From the NCBI GenBank assembly GCA_905214525.1, contig CAJMMN010000006.1:19051-83050 (forward strand): 64,000 nucleotides of DNA. The letters run 5' to 3'. The notes beneath the pieces were generated by a model. It ran no database searches and was not told the DNA's origin. It worked only from the letters and a program-made list of their open reading frames with translations. Origin of the DNA: an uncultured bacterium. Lineage in GTDB: Bacteria > Actinomycetota > Coriobacteriia > Coriobacteriales > Coriobacteriaceae. The first letter of the stretch is position 1. Every line of letters starts with the position of its first letter. Below, one piece after another: positions 38,310-47,198 of the stretch. The position numbers were made by a program, and so were the translations under genes.

Positions 38310-41300
38310 ATGAGGGAGAAGAAGATGGGGATGCGCACTGTGTTGACGCGCCTGCTGGGTATCGCCACCGTGGCCTGCGCGCTCGTGGCAACGCCGACGG
38401 TTGCTGAGGCGGCGACTACGGCGGATATTCCAAGCGACGCGATTCTGGCCCAGAGAAGTCCTAATGGCCTCCTATATCCCTACTCGGTGAAGCTCGAGGC
38501 GGGAAAAGACTACGTCATCGGCGGTGAAATTACCCTTGGTCACTATGAGGTCGAGGGCGGCACCAAGGACGATCCGACGCGTGTTTACTTTTCCAACAAA
38601 CCTAAATACGGTGGCCAGATAGTCGACAAGAGAGACTCTACTAGCGGCGAGCTCTTCGTCCTCAAGGGCGGCTACATCGAATTTATCGGCACTGGCGGTT
38701 CCTTTCAAACTCAGTTTGACTGCAATGGTCATAGTTTCTTGTCTGACGATGCAAATCCGGATAAAACGTATGGCGCAGATTCTGTTATCGACAAGAGGCG
38801 TGCCGGCGGGAGCTTAAACTTCAAGATGAGCGGCATCGACCTGCGAACCATTAAAGGAAAAAGTTCCAAACGCGCTATCGCGCTATATGGCACGATGGAC
38901 GGGGGCGAATCGGCCGTATTCGAGGACGTCTCTGTAATTGGTTGGGATTGCAGAACGGGAACGGCGAGTTATGGTCATGACCATGACTACGGGAACAGTA
39001 CTTACCTATATACCGCCTCTCCTGCTCCGGTTACCATCCGCGGTTCGCAGAACAGCGGGAAGAGTCTAGACGTAACCTTTAACAACTGTACCTTCGAGCG
39101 CAACCGTGACCACTGCGCTGGCGCATTGAGCGTTGTGGGCCGTGGGTTCCGTCCCAAGGTCGTGCTTAATAGCTGCACGTTTAACAACAACAGGCAGGAA
39201 TCGATTTGGTGCAAGAGCCTTGGGGTCGAGGATACAAACGAGCATACTCATGCGGGCAATATTGTCGTCAACAATTCGGATGTCACGCTCAACAACTGTC
39301 TCGTTCAGTCAGCGGACTCGCGGGTTCCGGCGGCGAACTATACGCAAGATATGGTTATGACGAGCGCAATTGCGGTGGCTAAAAATTCGACATGCACACT
39401 CAACAATACGCAGGTGAGCGACACTTATGCAGAGGGCACGTACTACCATTCCGATGCGAACACGCGTCGAAACACTGTGTATGCCCGCGGAACGGTGACA
39501 CTTGCTGGCAATACGACCATTACAGCTAACAGCGAGAAGGGCGCCCGAGGCCTTGCGCTCGACACGCCGGGGATTATTTACTACGGCAAACTGAATATTG
39601 CCGAATCCTTTGCAGGCAAGGTCCAGCTGTCGCTCAAGGACGATCAGCTGGGCGCCTATAAGGGTACTCAGTGGAAACTTGGCACTTGCGATATCGATGA
39701 GGCTGACCTGCGCGCTCGCGTTACTACGGACGATCCAAGTGTCGGCATCGGAAAGACGAACGACGGGTATGTATATGCCTCGCGCCTGCCGCATGAACAT
39801 GTGTGGTCGGTGGAAAAGGCTGCCAACAGTTCATATCAGCTGAAGGTCGCCTGCGCCGGCAAGATGCGCCCGAGCGATTGCAACTACAAAAATGGTTATG
39901 CCGTCGAGCTGGGCATCGATGGAGCGACGCAGAATAAGGGAAAGCTGGGCGTTACATACAGCGGCGGTGAAGTCATTCCAACACTGACGATGTCGAATAA
40001 GGATGGCTATGCTCGAGACGATATCGTCTCGACGGGAGGCGTACACATCTCCGGGTCTCAGTATTACAAGCTTTCGAAGTGGGGCGACAGTGCGGGCGAG
40101 GCGCTGGAAGAAGTTCCTACCAATGCTGGCATCTACCGTATCGAGTCCAAAGTTAAGGTCGATGGCCAGGAAGACTACCTGACGCTCACTCGTGAGTTCG
40201 AGATTAGGCCGTTGGAGCTGAGCAAGGTCAGTGGGCTCACGTTTGAATTCAATGACGACGGAACAGACGCCACGATCGATGGTGAGAAAGTCCGTGCGTA
40301 CCCGTGGACGGGCAAGACGATCGCGCCCAGTTTCTCTGTCAAGGTTTACAACTACGATTCTCAAAGCTGGTCGAACTTCGTCAAGGGCGGCGACTACAAG
40401 ATTGATAATGATCCGTCATATAGCACGGTGAGCGCGATCGATCCTCCCGGTTCCAATTCCTATTACCCGTACTACCAGCTCTATATCAAGGGCATGGGCA
40501 ACTACACGGGCTCGGCATTCGCACGCTGGACCATCACGGGAACGCAGTTCGAGGACGTGACGGCCGAGGGATTCGAAGGTCCCTATGACGGGCAGGCGCA
40601 TGGCGTCAACATCTCGGTATCGAACGCCCCTGCCGACATGAAGATTGAGTACAGCGTGGATGAGAGCGACGAATGGACGGCGGAGGCTCCGAGCTACACG
40701 GACGTTCAGCGCACTCGCAAGGGCGAGGTTCGCTCCGTGACGGTCGATTATCGCATCATCGCGACGGATTATGTGACAAAGAGTGGATGCGTCGAGATCA
40801 GGATTACGCCTGCCAGCCAGCCTGTTCCGTGGCGTTATATCGCTAGCGAAGGCACAGGTGTCAAGGTCAAGGACGAAAGTGCGCATTTACTCGAGGATGG
40901 GTCGCTTTCCAATCTGAATAAGACCTATGAGTGGAGAAAATACGGGGACACATACTGGGAGTCCATCGGTGCCGGTAAAACTTCGGTCGATGGACTGCCT
41001 GCCGGGAAGTATGAGGTGCGCTTCAAAGCGGACAACAACCACTACGCTTCGGGGGCCAACGTCTTCGAAATTGCGGAGGGGCCTTGCGCGTCCGCTGACG
41101 GTACTTGGCATAAAACCAAGGGTTCGAAAGGCGCTCACTGGCAGGTGTGTCGATGCGGCAAGAAGCTCAACGAAGACACGCATGTCTTCTCTTGGGAGGA
41201 AGTTAAGGCTCCCACCACCGAGGAGCCCGGTCTAAAGCGGTATCAATGCTCCACGTGCGGCTATGTCCTGCGCGAGGAGGAGATTCCTCCGGCGTGCATC

Positions 41301-44300
41301 GGCGGTTATGTCGGCGTGTATGACGGCAACGAGCATGCCGTGAGCGTGGACCTTAAGGATGGCGCGACGGCTCAGTTCAGCATCGACGGTGGCGTCACGT
41401 GGAAAACGGATGTTCCCACAATCAAAAACGTCGGCAAGACCACTGTCGACTATAAGGTGACCACCCCTGGTGCTTCCGACATCAAGGGGCGGGTGACGCT
41501 CGAGGTGACGCCGCTTGCGATCACGGTGGCGCCTGCTGCCGCATCTAAAACGTATGGCGACCCGGATCCCGACTTTACCTATAAAGTGACGGCTGGTTCC
41601 CTTATGGAGGGCGATACGCTTTCCGGTATCACGTACAAGCGTGATGAGGGCGAGAATGTCCTGACCGGTTATAAGACGTACAAGGTGACGGCTTCTCAGG
41701 AAAAGGGCGCCAACGCTAATTACGACATTACGTTTGAGGCGGGCGAGTTTACCATCACACGTCGCACTATCGATGTGAAGTGGAATGGTGGTCAATACGT
41801 TTACAACGGCCAAGAGCAGGGCCCCACGGCAGAGATAACCAATCTGGTTAACGGCGACGACGTGTCTCTCAAGGTCACTGATGCCGCAAAGGTAGATGCC
41901 GGCACGTATACGGCGAGGGTGACTGGGCTCGTCGGTGAGGATAAGGTTCTCTCTAATTACCGCAAGCCCTCGGGTATTGAATGCACGTACGCTATCGCCA
42001 AGGCCAAACGGGACAGTGCTCCCAATGTAAAGGCGACAGTGGAGACCGTGAGTGGTAAACACGACGGTAAGATTGAGGGCGTTGATACATCGATGATGCT
42101 GGGGAAGCCTAGCAAGCAGATGATGTTCATCAAGGCAAGTGATCTGGTTGATGGCGACAAGCTTGAGAATCTGGCGCCTGGTTCATATCGCCTGTGCTAC
42201 GGGGCGACGACGAATTATGAGGCCTCCGAGATCGTTACCGTTACGATCGCCGCTGGGCCTAAGCTCAAGGTGACGCTGCCGGCCGAGCAGGCAGGCTACA
42301 CGCTCACGGCCGACGCGACCGAGCTCGATTGGCACGGTTCTGCGACGCTTAAGCTTACGGTTGCGGATGGCTATTACGCGACCAAGGGTCTTTCCGTTAA
42401 GGCGAACGGCGAGACCATCAAGCCCAGCGATCAGGGCGTTTACCAACTGTCTAAGGTTGAGAAAGACACCGCGATCACCGTTGAGGGTATCGCCAAGCAC
42501 GAGCCCGATGGCACCGGCTGGAAGAGCGACGGTTCTTCTCACTGGCATGTTTGCACGTGCGGTGAGCGGATTGACGTTGCCGAGCATTTCTTCGAGTGGG
42601 TAATCGACGAGAAGCCTACGGTCGAGAAGCCTGGATCCAAACATTTGCACTGCACTGTCTGTGACTACAACTCCTCCGATAAGGTTGTAATCCCGGCAGC
42701 CTCTGTTGCCGGCTATTCCGGCGAGTATGACGGCAAGGTCCACGCTGCCGATGTCTCGGCCCTGCCCGAGGGCACGGCGGTCACGTACAGCATCGACGGT
42801 GGCGTCACTTGGTCTGCCACGGCCCCCGAGATCAAGGACGTCGGCACCCTGCCGTTCAAGTACAGCGCGATCGTCGACGGAGCCGCTATCGAGGGCGAGG
42901 CGAAGCTTGTGGTGACGCCGCGCAAGGTCACTGTGACGGCGTCCGATGCCTCCAAGACGTACGGTAACGATGACCCTGAGTTTACGTGGGCGGTCACATC
43001 CGGCAAGCTCGTCGAGGGCGAGAGCCTCCAGGACATCACCGTCTCCCGCGAGGCCGGCGAATCTGTGCGAAGGGGCGGTTACGTCGTGACGGCGTCGCAG
43101 TCCGAGGGCGCCAACTCCAACTACGAGATCACGTTTAAAGACGGCAAGTTCACCATCGACAGGCGCGAGCTCACCGTGGAGTGGGACGCTACCACCGAGT
43201 TCACCTACGACGGCGAAAAGCACTGCCCCGGGGCGGAACTCGGCAACGTCATGGGCGATGACGACGTCTCTGCGTATGTCGACGGTGCTGCGGTCAAGGC
43301 CGGCTCCTACACGGCGGAGATCACCGAGCTGACGGGCGCCGACAAGGTCAACTACAAACTGCCGGCAACGGGCCTGACGTGCAAGTTCTCCATCAAGAAG
43401 GCTCCCAAGGGCGCACCGGTGGTCCAGGGTGTGGCCGAGACCGTCAGCGTCAAGGCTGACGGCAGGATCACGGGTGTCGACGCCACCATGGAGTGGCGCG
43501 CCAAGGACTCGGGCGAGTATCGGGCTGTGCCCGAAGGCGCGACCGAACTCAGCGGTCTTGCCGCGGGCACGTACGAAGTGCGCTACCGCGCTGATGACGA
43601 CCACGAAGCCTCCGCCGCGACTAAGGTTACGGTTGCCACGGGCCGCAAGCTTGCTGTGGCGCTACCCGCCGAACAGGTTGGCTACAAGCTCACGGCTGAC
43701 GCGACCGAGCTCGACTGGCATGGTTCCGCCACCCTCACTATCAGCATCGAGGACGGCTACTTTGCCGATCCCTCCGCCTACGTCGTTAAGGTCAACGATT
43801 CAGTCGTGACGCTCAACGAACGCGGCGAGTTCACCGTCCAGGACGTCGAGGGCGTCGTGAGGGTGACGGTCGAGGGCGTGCGCAAGCACGAGGCTGTGAG
43901 CGATACGTGGATCTCCGACGACAATACACACTGGCACGAGTGCACTTGCGGCGGCAAGATTGACGAGGCCGCACACACCTTTACGTGGGTTGTCGACACG
44001 CCTCCCACGGCGACCGAGAAGGGCTTCGGTCACCGTCAGTGCGTCGTCTGCGGGTACGCCCTTGCCTCCGAGGAGATTCCGGCTGCTGCCATTTCCGGCT
44101 ACTCCGGCGAATACGACGGCGCGTATCACACGGTCAACGCTTCGGCGCTGCCCGAGGGCGCGACGGCCGAGTACAGCACCGACGACGGCAAGACCTGGTC
44201 TACCACCGCCCCCGAGATCAAGGACGCCGGCGTGCTGGATGTTGCCTATAAGGTGATGATTGGCGGTGCGACGGTCGAGGGCAAAGTGACGCTCAAGGTT

Positions 44301-45914
44301 ACGCCGCGTGCGATCACGGTCACCGCTCAGAACGCCTCCAAGATTTACGGCGAGAAAGACCCCGTCTTTGAGTGGTCGGTCACCTCTGGCGAGCTCGTCG
44401 GGGACGATACGCTTGAACTTGAGATCGAGCACGAGGACTGTGACGACGTGCGCGAGGGCGGTTATGCTCTGCGCCTGACGCAGCCCGAGGGTGCGAACCC
44501 CAACTACGCGATTACGTTCATCGACGGCACGTTCATCATTAACCAGCGTCTGCTCACCGTGACGTGGGGTACCACCGAATTCGTCTACGACGGCAAGGAG
44601 CACTGCCCCGTGGCAGAGCTTGGCAACGTCATCGGCAAGGATGACCTTGGTGCATTCGTTGACGGTTCCCAGACCGAGGTCGGCACCTATACGGCGACCC
44701 TCGCCGAGCTGACGGGCAAGGCCGCGGGCAACTACACGCTGCCCGCCGATGGCTTGACCTGCGAGTTCTCCATCAAGAACGCTGCGCAGGACGCGCCGGT
44801 GGTCCAGGCCGAGGCTGAGACCGTGAGCGGCAAGAAGGACGGCAAGATCATGGGCGTCGACGCCACCATGGAGTGGCGCGCTCAGGGCGCCGCCGAGTAC
44901 CAGGCCGTGGGCAAGGACGTGACCGAGCTCAAGGACCTCGCTGCCGGCGTGTACGAGGTGCGCTACCAGGCTAAGGCCAACTACGACGCCTCTGCCGTTA
45001 CCGAGGTTACCGTGAAGGCGGGCCGCAAGCTCGTCGTGACGCTGCCGGGTAATCAGGTGGGCTACACGCTCACCTCGACGGCAACCGAGCTCGACTGGCA
45101 CGGCTCCGCAAAGCTCGCCATCAGCATCGACGGCGCGTACTTTACGGGCAAGAACTATGCCGTCAACGTCAATGGCAAGGCCGTTAAGCTTGCTGACGAC
45201 GGTACCTATGAGCTCAAGGACGTCGAGGGCGATGTGAACGTGACGGTCGAGGGTGTGCTCAAGCACGAGCCCGACGGCTCCGGCTGGGCGCACGACGCCA
45301 AGAACCACTGGCATATCTGCCGTTGCGGCGAGGTCCTCGACAAGGCCGAGCATACCTTTGAGTGGGTTGTCGACAAGCCGGCGACCGCCGAGGCCAAGGG
45401 CGAGAGGCACCAGGAGTGCACGGTTTGCGGCGAGAAGGGCGCAACCGAGGAAATCGCGATCCTGGCACCCACGATTATCGAGGGCGCAGGCCAGGCGATC
45501 ACAGTCGACACCGCCAAAGACCTGAGCTTCCGCTCGAACGCGCCGATCAAGTACTTCCAGAAGGTGCTGGTCGACGACAAGGAAGTCGGCGCCGAGAACT
45601 ACGTGCTCACCGAGGGCTCCACGATCGTGACGCTCAAGACGAGCTTCGTGAAGACGCTTGGTGTGGGTGAGCATAAGCTGAGCGTGGTTTCGACCACGGG
45701 CACGGCAGAGACGACCTTTACCATCGCCGATGCCGCCAAGCCGACGCCCGATTCGAGCCAGACCACCACGACCACGACTTCTAAGTCCAAGAAGAAGACC
45801 GGCAAGGGAGCCTTGCCTTCGGTCGGCGACGGTACGTACACCATGGCTGGTGGCGTACTTGCAGCCGGCATGGCGGCTCTGCTGCTGGCCTTCGCCATGA
45901 AGCGCCGCGCCTAG
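38310..45914 (+). CDS. Giant (2534 aa) cell-surface protein: signal peptide, beta-helix-like N-terminal region, three ~465-aa super-repeats (Cys/His module, Ig-like, MBG-like, YDG-like segments), C-terminal sorting signal
   Basis: Signal peptide MREKKMGMRTVLTRLLGIATVACALVATPTVAEA. NNCTFERN / LNSCTFNNN / LNNCLV repeats. KTYGDPDPDFTY-type MBG-like segments. C-terminal LPSVG + hydrophobic helix + KRRA. RBS AAAGGGAG. Confidence 0.85.
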   Translation: MREKKMGMRTVLTRLLGIATVACALVATPTVAEAATTADIPSDAILAQRSPNGLLYPYSVKLEAGKDYVIGGEITLGHYEVEGGTKDDPTRVYFSNKPKYGGQIVDKRDSTSGELFVLKGGYIEFIGTGGSFQTQFDCNGHSFLSDDANPDKTYGADSVIDKRRAGGSLNFKMSGIDLRTIKGKSSKRAIALYGTMDGGESAVFEDVSVIGWDCRTGTASYGHDHDYGNSTYLYTASPAPVTIRGSQNSGKSLDVTFNNCTFERNRDHCAGALSVVGRGFRPKVVLNSCTFNNNRQESIWCKSLGVEDTNEHTHAGNIVVNNSDVTLNNCLVQSADSRVPAANYTQDMVMTSAIAVAKNSTCTLNNTQVSDTYAEGTYYHSDANTRRNTVYARGTVTLAGNTTITANSEKGARGLALDTPGIIYYGKLNIAESFAGKVQLSLKDDQLGAYKGTQWKLGTCDIDEADLRARVTTDDPSVGIGKTNDGYVYASRLPHEHVWSVEKAANSSYQLKVACAGKMRPSDCNYKNGYAVELGIDGATQNKGKLGVTYSGGEVIPTLTMSNKDGYARDDIVSTGGVHISGSQYYKLSKWGDSAGEALEEVPTNAGIYRIESKVKVDGQEDYLTLTREFEIRPLELSKVSGLTFEFNDDGTDATIDGEKVRAYPWTGKTIAPSFSVKVYNYDSQSWSNFVKGGDYKIDNDPSYSTVSAIDPPGSNSYYPYYQLYIKGMGNYTGSAFARWTITGTQFEDVTAEGFEGPYDGQAHGVNISVSNAPADMKIEYSVDESDEWTAEAPSYTDVQRTRKGEVRSVTVDYRIIATDYVTKSGCVEIRITPASQPVPWRYIASEGTGVKVKDESAHLLEDGSLSNLNKTYEWRKYGDTYWESIGAGKTSVDGLPAGKYEVRFKADNNHYASGANVFEIAEGPCASADGTWHKTKGSKGAHWQVCRCGKKLNEDTHVFSWEEVKAPTTEEPGLKRYQCSTCGYVLREEEIPPACIGGYVGVYDGNEHAVSVDLKDGATAQFSIDGGVTWKTDVPTIKNVGKTTVDYKVTTPGASDIKGRVTLEVTPLAITVAPAAASKTYGDPDPDFTYKVTAGSLMEGDTLSGITYKRDEGENVLTGYKTYKVTASQEKGANANYDITFEAGEFTITRRTIDVKWNGGQYVYNGQEQGPTAEITNLVNGDDVSLKVTDAAKVDAGTYTARVTGLVGEDKVLSNYRKPSGIECTYAIAKAKRDSAPNVKATVETVSGKHDGKIEGVDTSMMLGKPSKQMMFIKASDLVDGDKLENLAPGSYRLCYGATTNYEASEIVTVTIAAGPKLKVTLPAEQAGYTLTADATELDWHGSATLKLTVADGYYATKGLSVKANGETIKPSDQGVYQLSKVEKDTAITVEGIAKHEPDGTGWKSDGSSHWHVCTCGERIDVAEHFFEWVIDEKPTVEKPGSKHLHCTVCDYNSSDKVVIPAASVAGYSGEYDGKVHAADVSALPEGTAVTYSIDGGVTWSATAPEIKDVGTLPFKYSAIVDGAAIEGEAKLVVTPRKVTVTASDASKTYGNDDPEFTWAVTSGKLVEGESLQDITVSREAGESVRRGGYVVTASQSEGANSNYEITFKDGKFTIDRRELTVEWDATTEFTYDGEKHCPGAELGNVMGDDDVSAYVDGAAVKAGSYTAEITELTGADKVNYKLPATGLTCKFSIKKAPKGAPVVQGVAETVSVKADGRITGVDATMEWRAKDSGEYRAVPEGATELSGLAAGTYEVRYRADDDHEASAATKVTVATGRKLAVALPAEQVGYKLTADATELDWHGSATLTISIEDGYFADPSAYVVKVNDSVVTLNERGEFTVQDVEGVVRVTVEGVRKHEAVSDTWISDDNTHWHECTCGGKIDEAAHTFTWVVDTPPTATEKGFGHRQCVVCGYALASEEIPAAAISGYSGEYDGAYHTVNASALPEGATAEYSTDDGKTWSTTAPEIKDAGVLDVAYKVMIGGATVEGKVTLKVTPRAITVTAQNASKIYGEKDPVFEWSVTSGELVGDDTLELEIEHEDCDDVREGGYALRLTQPEGANPNYAITFIDGTFIINQRLLTVTWGTTEFVYDGKEHCPVAELGNVIGKDDLGAFVDGSQTEVGTYTATLAELTGKAAGNYTLPADGLTCEFSIKNAAQDAPVVQAEAETVSGKKDGKIMGVDATMEWRAQGAAEYQAVGKDVTELKDLAAGVYEVRYQAKANYDASAVTEVTVKAGRKLVVTLPGNQVGYTLTSTATELDWHGSAKLAISIDGAYFTGKNYAVNVNGKAVKLADDGTYELKDVEGDVNVTVEGVLKHEPDGSGWAHDAKNHWHICRCGEVLDKAEHTFEWVVDKPATAEAKGERHQECTVCGEKGATEEIAILAPTIIEGAGQAITVDTAKDLSFRSNAPIKYFQKVLVDDKEVGAENYVLTEGSTIVTLKTSFVKTLGVGEHKLSVVSTTGTAETTFTIADAAKPTPDSSQTTTTTTSKSKKKTGKGALPSVGDGTYTMAGGVLAAGMAALLLAFAMKRRA

Positions 45915-45932
45915 TTGCTGCCCTGTTCCTAA

Positions 45933-45966
45933 GGGGTCCGGATCTGACAAGCCGGACCCCTTTTTT
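45933..45966 (+). terminator. Intrinsic terminator after the giant surface-protein gene
   Basis: GGGGTCCGG-loop-CCGGACCCC followed by TTTTTT. Confidence 0.8.
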
Positions 45967-46032
45967 GTGCCGCCGCGAGGTCGTCCCTGTGGACAAAAAC
46001 TCCGCCCGAAATTGAATCTTTATTTCAACTTT

Positions 46033-46076
46033 ACACCTGGCTTTACAGCTGTCTTGTCAGCTGTAAAGCCAGGTGT
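46033..46076. promoter_or_regulatory. Candidate NiaR operator: perfect 19-bp inverted repeat ACACCTGGCTTTACAGCTG-N6-CAGCTGTAAAGCCAGGTGT
   Basis: Lies about 40 nt upstream of the nadA start. The operon ends with niaR. Confidence 0.6.
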
Positions 46077-46117
46077 CATACTAAAGCCCCAAGATTCGCC
46101 AAAAGAGAGGGGCCTTG

Positions 46118-47143
46118 ATGGCACAGAGCGCGAACATGGATGCGTCGGAGCTTGCACGCGATATCGCGGCCGGCCTAGCATCGGCAACGACGGCAACGGA
46201 GCGCGCGGCACTGGTGCCCGCAGAGCTCGTCGAGGCCATTCAGCAATTAAAAACCCAGCGTGATGCGGTGATTCTGGCGCACTACTATGTGGCGCCCGAG
46301 GTCCAAGCCGTTGCCGATTACGTCGGCGACAGCTTCTACTTGGCAAAGCTTGCCAAGAGCTTACCGCAGCAGACTATCGTGCTGTGCGGCGTGGAGTTTA
46401 TGGGCGAGAGCGCCAAGCTGCTCAACCCCACCAAGACCGTGCTGCTGCCCGAGCCGGGCGCGGACTGCCCCATGGCTCACATGGTCAAGCGCGAGACGGT
46501 CGACGCGGCGCGCACCGAGTACGGCGACGACCTGGCCGTGGTCTGCTACGTCAACTCCACGGTCGAGATCAAGAGCTGGAGCGACGTGTGCGTCACCAGC
46601 TCCAACGCCGTTAAGATCGTGTCCGAGCTGCCGCAGCAGCATATCCTGTTCATTCCCGACCAAAACCTGGGCCGTTTCGTAGCCGAGCAGGTGCCGCAAA
46701 AGCACGTCATCCTCAACAACGGCTACTGCCCGCGCCATCACATCATCACCGTCGAGCAGATCGTCGACGCGACGGAGGCCCACCCCGACGCGCTCGTGCT
46801 GGCGCATCCCGAGTGCAAGGCCGACGTCCTGGCCGAGGCCGACTACATCGGCTCCACCGCCGGCATTATCAAGTACGCCGAGGAGTCGGACGCGAGCGAG
46901 TTCATTATCGTGACGGTCCGCGGTGTGCTCTACGAGCTCGAGCGCCGCTGCCAGGGCACCGGCAAGAAGTTCTACTTCCCCGCGGTGCAGCCCACCTGCG
47001 TCAACATGGATCTCATCACGCTCGAAAAGCTCGTGCGCTGCCTGGAGACGGGTGAGGGCGAGGTGCAGATCGGCGTGTCGGACGAGGCTGCCGACCAGGC
47101 CAAACTTACGCTCGACCGCATGCTCGAGTACGCAGCACGCTAG
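46118..47143 (+). CDS. nadA: Quinolinate synthase
   Basis: ILAHYYV, CGVEFMGESAKL and HPEC motifs. First gene of nadA-nadB-nadC-niaR. Confidence 0.9.
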   Translation: MAQSANMDASELARDIAAGLASATTATERAALVPAELVEAIQQLKTQRDAVILAHYYVAPEVQAVADYVGDSFYLAKLAKSLPQQTIVLCGVEFMGESAKLLNPTKTVLLPEPGADCPMAHMVKRETVDAARTEYGDDLAVVCYVNSTVEIKSWSDVCVTSSNAVKIVSELPQQHILFIPDQNLGRFVAEQVPQKHVILNNGYCPRHHIITVEQIVDATEAHPDALVLAHPECKADVLAEADYIGSTAGIIKYAEESDASEFIIVTVRGVLYELERRCQGTGKKFYFPAVQPTCVNMDLITLEKLVRCLETGEGEVQIGVSDEAADQAKLTLDRMLEYAAR

Positions 47144-47198
47144 AACAATGTGGCATGAGGGACGGTTTCTTATGTCACATTCAAGGGAGAGGATTCCT

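Noticed and set aside
38078-38368. 96-aa minus-strand ORF in the LytTR / surface-protein divergent region, considered as a possible autoinducer precursor
   Set aside because: It has no RBS. It overlaps the surface-protein start and signal-peptide codons on the opposite strand, and it is far longer than, and unlike, AgrD-type or double-glycine peptides.
42183-45950. Minus-strand ORFs 42183-43604 and 43800-45950 inside the giant surface-protein gene
   Set aside because: The plus-strand frame is continuous for 7.6 kb, with a signal peptide, repeated domains and a sorting signal. The antisense frames are open only because of GC-rich codon bias and the internal repeats.
45967-46346. ORFs 45967-46263 (+) and 46020-46346 (-) over the nadA promoter
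   Set aside because: They span the terminator, the palindromic operator and the nadA 5' end. No RBS is present, and the products are Arg/Pro-rich artefacts.
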